Shown piece after piece: positions 21,093 through 30,202 of a stretch of 64,000 bases of DNA (position 1 is its first letter; the number at the start of each line of letters is the position of its first letter). The stretch comes from a virus. Location of the stretch: the IMG/VR virus record IMGVR_UViG_3300046333_000090; one strand, 5' to 3'. A program made the translations under genes and the position numbers. The notes under the pieces are model-generated. The model had not been told where the DNA came from and did no database searches. It saw nothing but the letters and a program-made list of their open reading frames with translations.

Positions 21093-22117
21093 GTACGTCT
21101 TTCTACCATATCCGAAACAGTTTTTCTATCCAAACTATAACGTCTAGATAATTCTCCTTTACTTACTCCTTCACTCCATAATCTTCTTATTTCTAATACT
21201 TGTTCGTCAGATACTTTACTATTCTTGTGCGAACTTCCAACCATTGTACGAGATTTGATGACAACACCTGGGAATATTTTACGCTCCACATGTTTAAAGC
21301 ATTCTCGTCTCAATATTCTCCCTACTTGTACTTGACTGATTTGGAATTTCTCACCAATTTCTTTTTGTGTCCATTTATGTATATCATACAATTCTACAAT
21401 ATGGAGAATATCTTCTTCACTTAAATCAGAATTAGTTCGGAATTTCTCGGCTTTATCATTATTATTGTCTATTCTGGAACCTTCAAATAAATTATCTGGG
21501 TGAACATTTAATTTATTATCATCTTTATGACATAAACATATATCTGAAGTTAATACTACCTTTGTTAGTTGATATATGATTCTATGTATTTTATGAGATG
21601 ATGGTTTTCCATTTTTACATAAAGTGATTTTAGGATAGCCATTAGTGGTACTATACTTACACAACCAAGTATTTTCATCTATTACATCTATCTTACCTTC
21701 CAATTTTTCGATCATATCTTGCAAATATATATCACTCAATCCTAATTTATTTACAATTGGCACACCAAAAATATTAAAATTAATATCTAATTCAATATAT
21801 GCACGAACTACTCGCACAATATTATATTTATCAATTAATCGATTTATTGTAGATGGCGAACTATTAAGTAATTTAGCTGCTTCTGATTGATGCCAATTAC
21901 ATTCTTCCAATGCTTCCATCAACTGTTCTCGACTAATGCTGCTGAATTTAGGTTTTTGTAGAAATATTAGTTCCTTTTTATTAATCCCCAATCGTTTAAT
22001 GTGAAGATGAATACCAGTTACACTGTATCCTAATTGTTTAGCTATATCAGAACCACTATGTACAGTTTTAGCAATATCAAGCAATTCTTTTTTCGTTAAA
22101 GTTATTTTATTAGCCAT
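21077..22117 (-). CDS. HNH homing endonuclease with multiple HTH domains
   Basis: HKIHRIIY...LCHKDDNKLNVHPDNLFEGSRIDNNND plus N- and C-terminal HTHs; directly downstream of the TerL IntN-bearing gene. Confidence 0.85.
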   Translation of the reverse strand: MANKITLTKKELLDIAKTVHSGSDIAKQLGYSVTGIHLHIKRLGINKKELIFLQKPKFSSISREQLMEALEECNWHQSEAAKLLNSSPSTINRLIDKYNIVRVVRAYIELDINFNIFGVPIVNKLGLSDIYLQDMIEKLEGKIDVIDENTWLCKYSTTNGYPKITLCKNGKPSSHKIHRIIYQLTKVVLTSDICLCHKDDNKLNVHPDNLFEGSRIDNNNDKAEKFRTNSDLSEEDILHIVELYDIHKWTQKEIGEKFQISQVQVGRILRRECFKHVERKIFPGVVIKSRTMVGSSHKNSKVSDEQVLEIRRLWSEGVSKGELSRRYSLDRKTVSDMVERRTWKHI

Positions 22118-22157
22118 CTATACATCTTAATTCAATAAATTAATCATAACATCCACA

Positions 22158-22319
22158 TCATTCTTTGTCAAGTACTATTTCTGAATCAATATCTATGCAC
22201 TCTTGCTTCTGCTCTAATATGTTCTGTTCTTTTAATAAATTGTATAATTCTCCTAATTGTATGTCTCTCTCAACCCCCTCTAGATCGATGATACGAACAA
22301 TACTACAAGATGAAAGCGA
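22158..22319 (-). other. Split-intein N-fragment 2 (short, Ser1; 53 aa including an acidic tail)
   Basis: EQEFE|SLSSCSIVRIIDLEGVERDIQLGELYNLL; same site and pattern as the AceL/GOS TerL short IntN. Confidence 0.82.
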
Positions 22320-24569
22320 CTCAAACTCCTGCTCGAATTGTTTAGCACTCGTATTCGCGATGGTCATTCGTTTAAATTCCGCATCTCTTCCTGGAATCAT
22401 ATCCCATGTAATCTCTACTGGCACATACTCATTCTTACCATTCTTTGCATCAACAAAAATACGATAAAATAAGTTTAGCCCACGGGGGGTTTGTTCACCA
22501 ACAAATCCATTATAGATAACGGAATGACACCAAGGATCGTTAGGAACATTATCTAGAGAAAAATCATATAACTGTTCGATGTGGTCGTCATTAATCCGAC
22601 GAATTTTAGTCCACAACAAATCCGGTCTAACATTCAATTCAACAAATTCGCTAACACTACTATTAATTACAGATTGAATGATTGGTAATTTTTTAAGAGC
22701 ATTTTGTCGATTCATGTGTACATATTTGTGTTGTCCCTCCCCATTAAAAGCAAAATATTGTTTAATATATTTCTTTTGTGTTTCTAATGGGAGATGTTGT
22801 TTAATGAATGGAATAAAAAATGGAATAGAATCACTCTGTTTACGAAATTTTCTGATATTAGTCTGATAGCAATTCCATTGTTGTTTGTGAGGATGTTTAA
22901 AATTAATTATTTCAAAAAATTCTGGGGTGTAGCAATTTGGTATCTTCAGCAAAGTGCGACGAGAGTATCTCATTTTTCTTCTCATATGCCAATAATATCT
23001 TCGTTGTTCATATAACCCCTTTTTGATAGAATTAACCACACCAATATTCAATAATAATAGGTGTATTTGTTCCAATAGGTCTTCATTAGTATTAGTGATG
23101 TATATATCACCATAATTGTTATTTTTTTTACGATGATTCACTAGTGCCATACTATCGAAGCATCCTTGGAGAAAGGTAACAGTATTAATTTTAGACCACC
23201 GAAGGGGAATATCAGTTAGACCATTTCCAAAAGTAGTATACTTATCAGGAGAAGTGTACTTCAATTTTTTTAATACACTGGCTAGTTCAATTGAATCTAT
23301 AATGTAATTAACCCCATCAAACTCATAATCCAGTCCAATATTTTTTATGGCATCATCATAACAATCCTCATCCAAATATCCACTATCCGTAATACGAAGA
23401 GTCAGAGTAATAAATCTGCCATCAGTTATATAACCACTACCAGCATATATACCAAAAAAATAAGCAAATTCTGGAGTAACTATTGGGAATTTTTCAGAAT
23501 CTAATGTATCCAAATTACCAAATATTTGAGTATTATATCTGACTGCAATAAAATCATTAGGTTCCAACTCAGATGCCCTAAACCAACCATATTTGCCTTG
23601 CTTACAGGCATAAAGTTTATGAGTAGTCGAACACTCCAATTCAGTAAAATTAGTATATATTTTTCTAACGTTTGATTTACCGTTATTACACATAACAGTA
23701 CCTTTATTATTTCCCTTCATACCCACTAATTCATATGGTGGGATATGATATGATTTTTTCTCTAATTGATCTTTAATAAAAGTTTCGATGCGAGTATAAC
23801 CTTTAGTGGTGAGAATATATGTATTTTTCACTACACAAGAAGTGATAATTAATTTAGATTCTTTAGATGACGAAATAGTAGGATATACCGAGGTCATAAA
23901 CTCTTCTTGGATACCATTAGGGACGAATGCGAATTCGTCGCAAAATACGATATTGAAGGTAGACCCGCGAACAGAGGTGGCACTGGTGGATGAGGCTAAT
24001 ATTTGAGAACCATTTTCAAGTTCGATATGTGTTTTATTCCATTGTATTACTCCTTGTTGTAACCACATTGGCAAATTTTCATATGCCATTTGTAGTCTAC
24101 CTAATAGTTCCATAGATAGATCTCTTTTGTTTGCTAATATTGCAATATTTTGATGAGGTTTAAATAGTGCGACCCAGAGGGCATAGCAAATCATCGTAGT
24201 CGAGTTATGTGAAACTATATTATTGGTGATGTAGAGGTCATCTTCTACATTCAATAAATCATACATATTTTCAATATTATCTGATTCATTAATAGCAAGA
24301 ATTATATCAGGATACAAATATCCACCATCATCCATTACCAATATCTCGTCCCCAACTATTAAATCTACTAGTTTAGTTTCTTCATACTCATCTTTATCAT
24401 TCAATCTAATTAGAATATGATCGTCAGCACAAGATAGATGATATTGGGTGGTGTATACGTTCCAAACATTATATTTAATAGTTTGCCCTACTCCAGCAAA
24501 ATCTTTATATCCAGTAGGCGTTAGTACTTGCCAATCATTAGTATATTTTTCTTGTACAAACTCAGCCAT
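22158..24569 (-). CDS. gp17: Large terminase gp17, middle fragment: IntC - ATPase part - cis intein - extein - IntN
   Basis: Exteins STTMICYALW...ILANK...LENGS...VRG...FCDEFAFVP...IITS|TPRGLNLFY...FEQEFE; intein motifs at both ends and internally. Confidence 0.92.
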   Translation of the reverse strand: MAEFVQEKYTNDWQVLTPTGYKDFAGVGQTIKYNVWNVYTTQYHLSCADDHILIRLNDKDEYEETKLVDLIVGDEILVMDDGGYLYPDIILAINESDNIENMYDLLNVEDDLYITNNIVSHNSTTMICYALWVALFKPHQNIAILANKRDLSMELLGRLQMAYENLPMWLQQGVIQWNKTHIELENGSQILASSTSATSVRGSTFNIVFCDEFAFVPNGIQEEFMTSVYPTISSSKESKLIITSCVVKNTYILTTKGYTRIETFIKDQLEKKSYHIPPYELVGMKGNNKGTVMCNNGKSNVRKIYTNFTELECSTTHKLYACKQGKYGWFRASELEPNDFIAVRYNTQIFGNLDTLDSEKFPIVTPEFAYFFGIYAGSGYITDGRFITLTLRITDSGYLDEDCYDDAIKNIGLDYEFDGVNYIIDSIELASVLKKLKYTSPDKYTTFGNGLTDIPLRWSKINTVTFLQGCFDSMALVNHRKKNNNYGDIYITNTNEDLLEQIHLLLLNIGVVNSIKKGLYEQRRYYWHMRRKMRYSRRTLLKIPNCYTPEFFEIINFKHPHKQQWNCYQTNIRKFRKQSDSIPFFIPFIKQHLPLETQKKYIKQYFAFNGEGQHKYVHMNRQNALKKLPIIQSVINSSVSEFVELNVRPDLLWTKIRRINDDHIEQLYDFSLDNVPNDPWCHSVIYNGFVGEQTPRGLNLFYRIFVDAKNGKNEYVPVEITWDMIPGRDAEFKRMTIANTSAKQFEQEFESLSSCSIVRIIDLEGVERDIQLGELYNLLKEQNILEQKQECIDIDSEIVLDKE
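22491..23837 (-). other. Contiguous intein (449 aa) in TerL: Cys1, C-terminal Gln, Thr+1, degenerate LAGLIDADG domain
   Basis: IITS|CVVKNTYILT...TTHKL...LYDFSL...GFVGEQ|TPRG. Confidence 0.85.
24204..24569 (-). other. Split-intein C-fragment 1 (122 aa, ends SHN, Ser+1) at the TerL Walker A site
   Basis: VLTPTGYKDFAGV...CADDH...MYDLLNVEDDLYITNNIVSHN|STT. Confidence 0.88.
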
Positions 24570-24629
24570 TTTATTAAATTTAATAATTCTATACTGATAT
24601 TTATTGGTGTGTTTTTAATTATTAAATTT

Positions 24630-24668
24630 AATAATGACCTCCTAAAATCAATTAGGAGGTCATTATTT
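24630..24668. terminator. Hairpin terminator between HNH copy C and the TerL middle fragment
   Basis: AATAATGACCTCCTAA-N6-TTAGGAGGTCATTATT. Confidence 0.75.
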
Positions 24669-24734
24669 TATGATTTGATACTAGTAGTCATATTTGTGAT
24701 TTTTATGCTCTGAGAGGGGCATCCTAGACCCCTC

Positions 24735-25433
24735 TCAGAGCATAATAGGTTTATCCCAAGTAGCTTGATTTTCTAGATGCGTTTCAATAAGTTGTTCTAG
24801 TTTTGATTGATGTTCTGCTGTGAATACAATATTAGGATCTGGCAACCAATTAGGTACTTCTTGTAAGTATCTTTCGGGAGTGACTAATCCAGATTTTACT
24901 CCAAACTGATAATGCAAGTTTTGTAAGTAATTGAGATCTTTATAACAAAAATTTATATGTTTACCATTTACTCTTGGCATAGCAATTTGTGTTATATAGC
25001 TACCATTATTATATGTTGCACCAATAGGGAGTCCAGATGACTTCTTTTGTATTAATATGTTAAACCATTGAGTAACTACTTCTAAATTAGAACGTTTATT
25101 ATTACTAGGATCGCCATCTATATGATTAATTACCCAATTAGCATTAGTTTTATATCCATATACTAACTCATGAATTCTTACAGTTTGTCCATCTTTTTTT
25201 GTACTAAATCTACCTCCACTATTATGATACCAATTATATAGTTTTAACAATTCTACTTTATCAAGATCTATTGTGTTAGTATATATTTTACCAGATTTAG
25301 TATTCAGTACATGTAACGTTTCATCTACAAATAGTTGATTGTAAGTAAGTTTACCTGCATATAGTTTATTGAGATTATGGTGAGGTTGATCGAATTGATA
25401 GAAATTGAGTATTTTGTCGCAGAAATGTATCAT
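24735..25433 (-). CDS. HNH endonuclease, expanded family copy C (intact)
   Basis: MIHFCD...QFDQPHHN; INHIDGDPSNNKRSNLEVVT. Confidence 0.88.
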   Translation of the reverse strand: MIHFCDKILNFYQFDQPHHNLNKLYAGKLTYNQLFVDETLHVLNTKSGKIYTNTIDLDKVELLKLYNWYHNSGGRFSTKKDGQTVRIHELVYGYKTNANWVINHIDGDPSNNKRSNLEVVTQWFNILIQKKSSGLPIGATYNNGSYITQIAMPRVNGKHINFCYKDLNYLQNLHYQFGVKSGLVTPERYLQEVPNWLPDPNIVFTAEHQSKLEQLIETHLENQATWDKPIML

Positions 25434-25435
25434 TT

Positions 25436-25807
25436 TTAATAATAATATATAGAATATATCTCAATCTGACGCATCCGATTTAGAAAATAGGTTTTTTCAT
25501 TTTCAGTTTCAACTATCGCAACCGACGCATAAAATTCAACACAATTCCCTAAGTCAATTCTTTCAACTTCTATATATTCTTTTAGTCCCGAACCAATTTT
25601 AAATATTTGATCTTTTAATATTATACCAGATTCACCATTAACACTGATATTAATAATTTTGATATATTTTTCGTTTAAATCTTCAACAATTCCAGAGTAT
25701 CTTTGAGATCTATTTTTGTACTTAACTAAGTTGCCATTAATAATGTTCAATATATTTTTTCTCGATGTGTATTCTAATAATATAACATTATTGGTGAGAT
25801 ATGTCAA
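25436..25807 (-). CDS. Hypothetical protein
   Basis: 123-aa ORF; no TerL or intein motif. Confidence 0.5.
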   Translation of the reverse strand: MTYLTNNVILLEYTSRKNILNIINGNLVKYKNRSQRYSGIVEDLNEKYIKIINISVNGESGIILKDQIFKIGSGLKEYIEVERIDLGNCVEFYASVAIVETENEKTYFLNRMRQIEIYSIYYY

Positions 25808-25844
25808 GTATATCTAAATATCAATATAAAAATTCAGTTTTTAC

Positions 25845-27068
25845 ATGTTAAAATTACTTCCGTCATTACAGCAAAATATAGGAAATTTGGTAGAAACACC
25901 AGATGGTTTCGAGAAATTTATGGGAGTGCAGAAAATTTATAGAAATAAATATATAGAATTAGAATTCTTAGACGACAATAAATTAGTTTGCTCACTTAAT
26001 CATCCGATAAACACCACAGAAGGTATAATATTAGCTAAAGATCTCACTAAAACTATAGAAATAATTGGAAAAGTAAATAATACTTTTCTTAAAACAAAAA
26101 AAACTATAAGAAAAAAAATAGAATTATATGATATTGTTAATTCTGGCAAGAATCATTGGTATTATGCGAACGATATATTAAATAAAAACTGTAGCTTCAT
26201 AGGTTCATCGCTCACCCTTCTTAATGCCAATAAATTAGCAGCATTAACCCATAAAGAACCAATAGAAAGAAATGACAATATAGTTGTCTACGCAAAACCA
26301 AATCCTACGCATAGATATATGATTTGTGCAGACACCGCAGAAGGTGTTGAAAAGGATTATTCAGTAGCAATGGTGTTTGACATCACTACTGTACCATACA
26401 CCATAACAGCTATTTATAAAAACAATAATATTGCACCAATAGTATTCCCCAACATAATATTGAAATTGGCGAATGAATATAATAAAGCTTACGTTCTTGT
26501 AGAGTTAAACAGCATTGGATCACAAGTAGGAGATATTCTACATTACGATCTAGAATATAGCAACCTACTTATGACAGCCACCGTGGGACGAAACGGGTTA
26601 ATTCTAGGTCAAGGATTCGGTAATAAGTGCAAATTTGGATTACAAATTACTAAAACTACAAAACGACTAGGTTATAGTAACATGAAATCTTTGATTGAAG
26701 ATGATAAATTACTAATAGAAGATTTTGGTATTATTAGTGAATTATCAACATATGTAGAAAAAGGGGATTCTTATGCAGCAGATGATGGTAGTAATGATGA
26801 TCTAGTAGCTTGTATCGTATTATTTTCTTGGTGTGTTACCCAGCCGTATTTCAAAGAACTTACAGATTTAGACGTAGCAAAAGATATTCGGGAATTACAC
26901 AGACAAGAAATAGAAGACGACATGGCGGTATTAGGTGCTTTATTGATAAATGGAGAAGAATTAGAAGATGGTATTGTGGAAGAAGGTGGAGATCTGTGGT
27001 GGAATGCTAAGTTAACTGACAGTTATTATGAGTACGGGTACGAGGTGCCAGTTATTTATTACTTTTAA
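25845..27068 (+). CDS. gp17: Large terminase gp17, C-terminal fragment: IntC (25845-26189, 115 aa, ends NKN, Cys+1) plus nuclease domain
   Basis: VETPDGFEKFMGVQK...SLNHP...LYDIVN...DILNKN|CSFIGSSLTL; RuvC-like ADTAEG..DYS, VELN..G, NDDLV; late promoter CTAAATA at 25814. Confidence 0.92.
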   Translation: MLKLLPSLQQNIGNLVETPDGFEKFMGVQKIYRNKYIELEFLDDNKLVCSLNHPINTTEGIILAKDLTKTIEIIGKVNNTFLKTKKTIRKKIELYDIVNSGKNHWYYANDILNKNCSFIGSSLTLLNANKLAALTHKEPIERNDNIVVYAKPNPTHRYMICADTAEGVEKDYSVAMVFDITTVPYTITAIYKNNNIAPIVFPNIILKLANEYNKAYVLVELNSIGSQVGDILHYDLEYSNLLMTATVGRNGLILGQGFGNKCKFGLQITKTTKRLGYSNMKSLIEDDKLLIEDFGIISELSTYVEKGDSYAADDGSNDDLVACIVLFSWCVTQPYFKELTDLDVAKDIRELHRQEIEDDMAVLGALLINGEELEDGIVEEGGDLWWNAKLTDSYYEYGYEVPVIYYF

Positions 27069-27120
27069 TTGCTTACTATAATTATAGTTTTCGTGCGTTG
27101 TAGGGCATTTTAGCCATCTC

Positions 27121-27525
27121 TCAGAGTATAATTGGCTGCTCCCAAGTAGATTGATTCTCTAGATGTGCTTCAATTAATTGATCTAATTTTGTTTGATGTT
27201 TTGGTGAGCATTGTATGGTAGAATCGGGTAGCCAATTAGGAACTTCTCTGAGGTATCTTTCTGGAGTAACTAATCCTGACTTTACTGCAAAATGATAATG
27301 TATGTTTTGTAAGTAATTTATATATTTAGAACCAAAAGTCATAGCTTTACTATTTTTTCTTGGCATAGCAATATTTGTTAGATAACTACCGCCACTAACA
27401 ATTATTTATAGATCGTCTATAAATAATTGATTATATGTTAATTTTAATTTTTATTTTCCATTATCTACATTATGATTAGGCAGATTGAACTGATAGAGAT
27501 TTAATGTTTTGCAGAAGTGGATCAT
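27121..27525 (-). pseudogene. HNH family copy D, internally deleted (HNH core lost)
   Basis: MIHFCKTLNLYQFNLPNHN start and QNIHYHF...HLENQSTWEQPIIL end retained. Confidence 0.8.
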
Positions 27526-27564
27526 TTTTACCAATATAAAGTATATAATAATTATAACACATAA

Positions 27565-27864
27565 ATGCAAAAAAAACAGGTTTATATTATCTTTAATGAA
27601 TTATTAAATTTAATAAAAATAGGAGTCACCAACAACATTCCTCGCAGACTAAGGCAACTTGAGTGCAGTTCTGGATGCAAACTAGAACTATACTATCATA
27701 CTGAACCGATATATAACGCAACCAAAATAGAAAAGTCACTGCATCAGTATTTTAATTTAAAACGAAAAGAAGGCGAGTACTTTTTTATAAGCGCAGAAGA
27801 AGCAAAAGAAAAATTGTTATTTATGATATCTAACTTGACTAAAGTATATACAGACAATTTATAA
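27565..27864 (+). CDS. T5orf172/Mug113-type GIY-YIG domain protein
   Basis: VYII...IKIGVT..IPRRLRQL...IEKSLHQYF...GEYF. Confidence 0.8.
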   Translation: MQKKQVYIIFNELLNLIKIGVTNNIPRRLRQLECSSGCKLELYYHTEPIYNATKIEKSLHQYFNLKRKEGEYFFISAEEAKEKLLFMISNLTKVYTDNL

Positions 27865-27899
27865 ATATAAATAATAGTAATAACAATAAGTATAATAAA

Positions 27900-29876
27900 A
27901 TGCCTATAAATTTATCCTCGCCTGGTGTGTCGATTCAAGAAATAGATAAGTCCGCAACAATCAATACAGAAAATAGCAAAATTGCAATTATTGCATTACC
28001 CGCATCTAAAGGCGTAACTAATAAAGTAACATACATTTCTAATGAAGCAGAATTAGTAGAGCAATTTGGTAAACCAGATGATAATAATTACATTGAATGG
28101 TTTAGCGCATTAGAAGTAATGCGTTATGGAGTACTAGCAGGGGTAATTCGCCCAAATGATAGTACCACTGCACTAAAAACAGCAAACGTAACTAGCAATG
28201 GATTTGATAGTACATTATCTGTATCAGGAATGTCAGAATACGAATTAAACACCAATAACTATATTTTTTCTGCACAAAGTCAATCTGATTTATACAATGG
28301 GGTGACAGTAGCGGTAATCGATCATGGAGCAGATCAAATTCTGACAATAAATGTTGGTACAAATCCAGTACCAACAATTGCAGTTGGGGATATTGTAAAA
28401 ACGATAACTAGTTTTGGATGGGTGTATTCTATTAATACAAATGGATATACAGTTACAATAAATGACCCCACCAAAAAATTTAATTTGGGGGAAACTATTT
28501 ATCTAGTAGATGGTATTACACCTATTGGGGTAATCACTGGCATTACTGATTTTTATAATACACAAAATATATTACCAGGACTTCCTTGGTCAACTATTGC
28601 ACCACAACCAGGAACTAGTCAAAAAGCTAAAGATTTGAATAGCAAATTTGATGAATTTCATGCAGTAATTATTGATACTACTGGTAAAATTAGTGGTAAT
28701 ATTAATGCAATTTTAGAATCATACACATACCTATCCAAAGCATCAGATGGAACTAGTGCGGAAGGAGTAGACACTTATTGGAAACGAGCAATTTTAAATC
28801 GTTCAAAATATATTTTCCCTGGTTCACAAAAATTTAATATTGGTACTACATTAACTCCAGTAATCCCAGCAAATGCTACATATATTGGAGCAGATATTGG
28901 AGATCAAATTGCCGGAAAAATATTTAGACTATTTCGGAATAGTTCGAGTGGAGCAACATTAAAATTACATTTACAAGGTGGTACATCTTACAATTGGCTA
29001 TTACCTACAGTTGTCGAAAGCAGTATTAGTTCTGCCTATGATATTGTAGAAGATTCCGAAGTATTTGGTGATATCGATTTTTTAATCCCTGGTAAAATTA
29101 CTACACAGAGAATATTAAAATTACTCAGTATTTGCGAACGTCGTAGAGACTGTAGAATGGCGGTCGCGCCTGCACAAGCAGATGTTTTAAATAGTTTCAG
29201 TAGTAACAATAAAGTTAACAGAATTATTAATTTCTTTGATACACTACCTAGTAGTTCATTCATGATTTTCTGTGATAATTATAAATACATTTATGACAAG
29301 TACAATAATACTTTTAGATATATTCCATGCTCTGCTGATGTGGCTGGATTAACTTTATCTACATTAAATTCTTGGCAATCTCCCGCAGGAGTTACACATG
29401 GGGTAATAAAAAATGCAATTAAACTAGCATATAGTCCAAAACGTTCTGAAAGAGATCAACTATATAGTCATAGAGTAAATTCGATCATTAGCTACCCAGG
29501 TAGAGGGGTAATTCTAAATGGTGACAAAACTGCATTATCTTCACCATCGGCATTCGATCGAATTGGTGTAAGAGGATTGATGATTGAATTACAACGAGTA
29601 ATTTCTCAATTTGCAGAAAATCAATTATTTGAAATCAATGACGATAACAGCAGAAAGAATTTTCTAGATAACGTAACACCTTATCTACAGAATATTCAAG
29701 CAAATCGCGGAATTTACGAATACCAAGTGATTGCCGACACTACTAATAATAGTGTTCAAGATATTGATGCCAATAAGTTTACTGCGGATATCTACATCAA
29801 ACCTGCACGTAGTATAAACTTTATCGTATTGAATTTTATTGTTACTGCTACTGGTGCAAGTTTCACAGAAACTTAA
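27900..29876 (+). CDS. gp18: Tail sheath protein gp18
   Basis: SPGVSIQEID, FGKP, WQSPAG, GDKTAL..SAFDRIGVR, IKPARSINFI. Confidence 0.96.
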   Translation: MPINLSSPGVSIQEIDKSATINTENSKIAIIALPASKGVTNKVTYISNEAELVEQFGKPDDNNYIEWFSALEVMRYGVLAGVIRPNDSTTALKTANVTSNGFDSTLSVSGMSEYELNTNNYIFSAQSQSDLYNGVTVAVIDHGADQILTINVGTNPVPTIAVGDIVKTITSFGWVYSINTNGYTVTINDPTKKFNLGETIYLVDGITPIGVITGITDFYNTQNILPGLPWSTIAPQPGTSQKAKDLNSKFDEFHAVIIDTTGKISGNINAILESYTYLSKASDGTSAEGVDTYWKRAILNRSKYIFPGSQKFNIGTTLTPVIPANATYIGADIGDQIAGKIFRLFRNSSSGATLKLHLQGGTSYNWLLPTVVESSISSAYDIVEDSEVFGDIDFLIPGKITTQRILKLLSICERRRDCRMAVAPAQADVLNSFSSNNKVNRIINFFDTLPSSSFMIFCDNYKYIYDKYNNTFRYIPCSADVAGLTLSTLNSWQSPAGVTHGVIKNAIKLAYSPKRSERDQLYSHRVNSIISYPGRGVILNGDKTALSSPSAFDRIGVRGLMIELQRVISQFAENQLFEINDDNSRKNFLDNVTPYLQNIQANRGIYEYQVIADTTNNSVQDIDANKFTADIYIKPARSINFIVLNFIVTATGASFTET

Positions 29877-29893
29877 TTTAAATTATTAAATTT

Positions 29894-29927
29894 AATAAAA
29901 TGCCCTCAACTATGAGGGCATTTTATT
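29894..29927 (+). terminator. Terminator after gp18
   Basis: AATAAAATGCCCTCA-N4-TGAGGGCATTTTATT. Confidence 0.75.
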
Positions 29928-30002
29928 GTATTAGATGCTAGTAGTCATTATTCTAGTTATCATGCGTTGAGGGGCATTCTACACCCCTCTCAGCGCATAA
30001 TA

Positions 30003-30190
30003 TTAGATATCAGGAAAATTTAAGTGTGCAAATTGTTTATGATGTATTTTCGCAGCATCATCATAAGCTTTAGCTGCTTCAATTTCAGTTTTAAACCTTC
30101 CTAATCGGTACTTGGTCTTATTTGCAATTATTGTTGCCATCCAGGTATTATTACGAGAATCTAAATAGTATCGAATAATATAGACATTTA
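30003..30190 (-). pseudogene. AP2-domain C-terminal fragment of a gene interrupted by IS607
   Basis: WMATI...YRLGRFKTEIEAAKAYDDAAKIHHKQFAHLNFP. Confidence 0.75.
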
Positions 30191-30202
30191 AGTCTTTACT
30201 AC

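Noticed and set aside
25436-25807. 123-aa ORF as the missing TerL N-terminal fragment
   Set aside because: Right size and place, but no RQxGK Walker A, no gp17 N-terminal motifs and no intein block A
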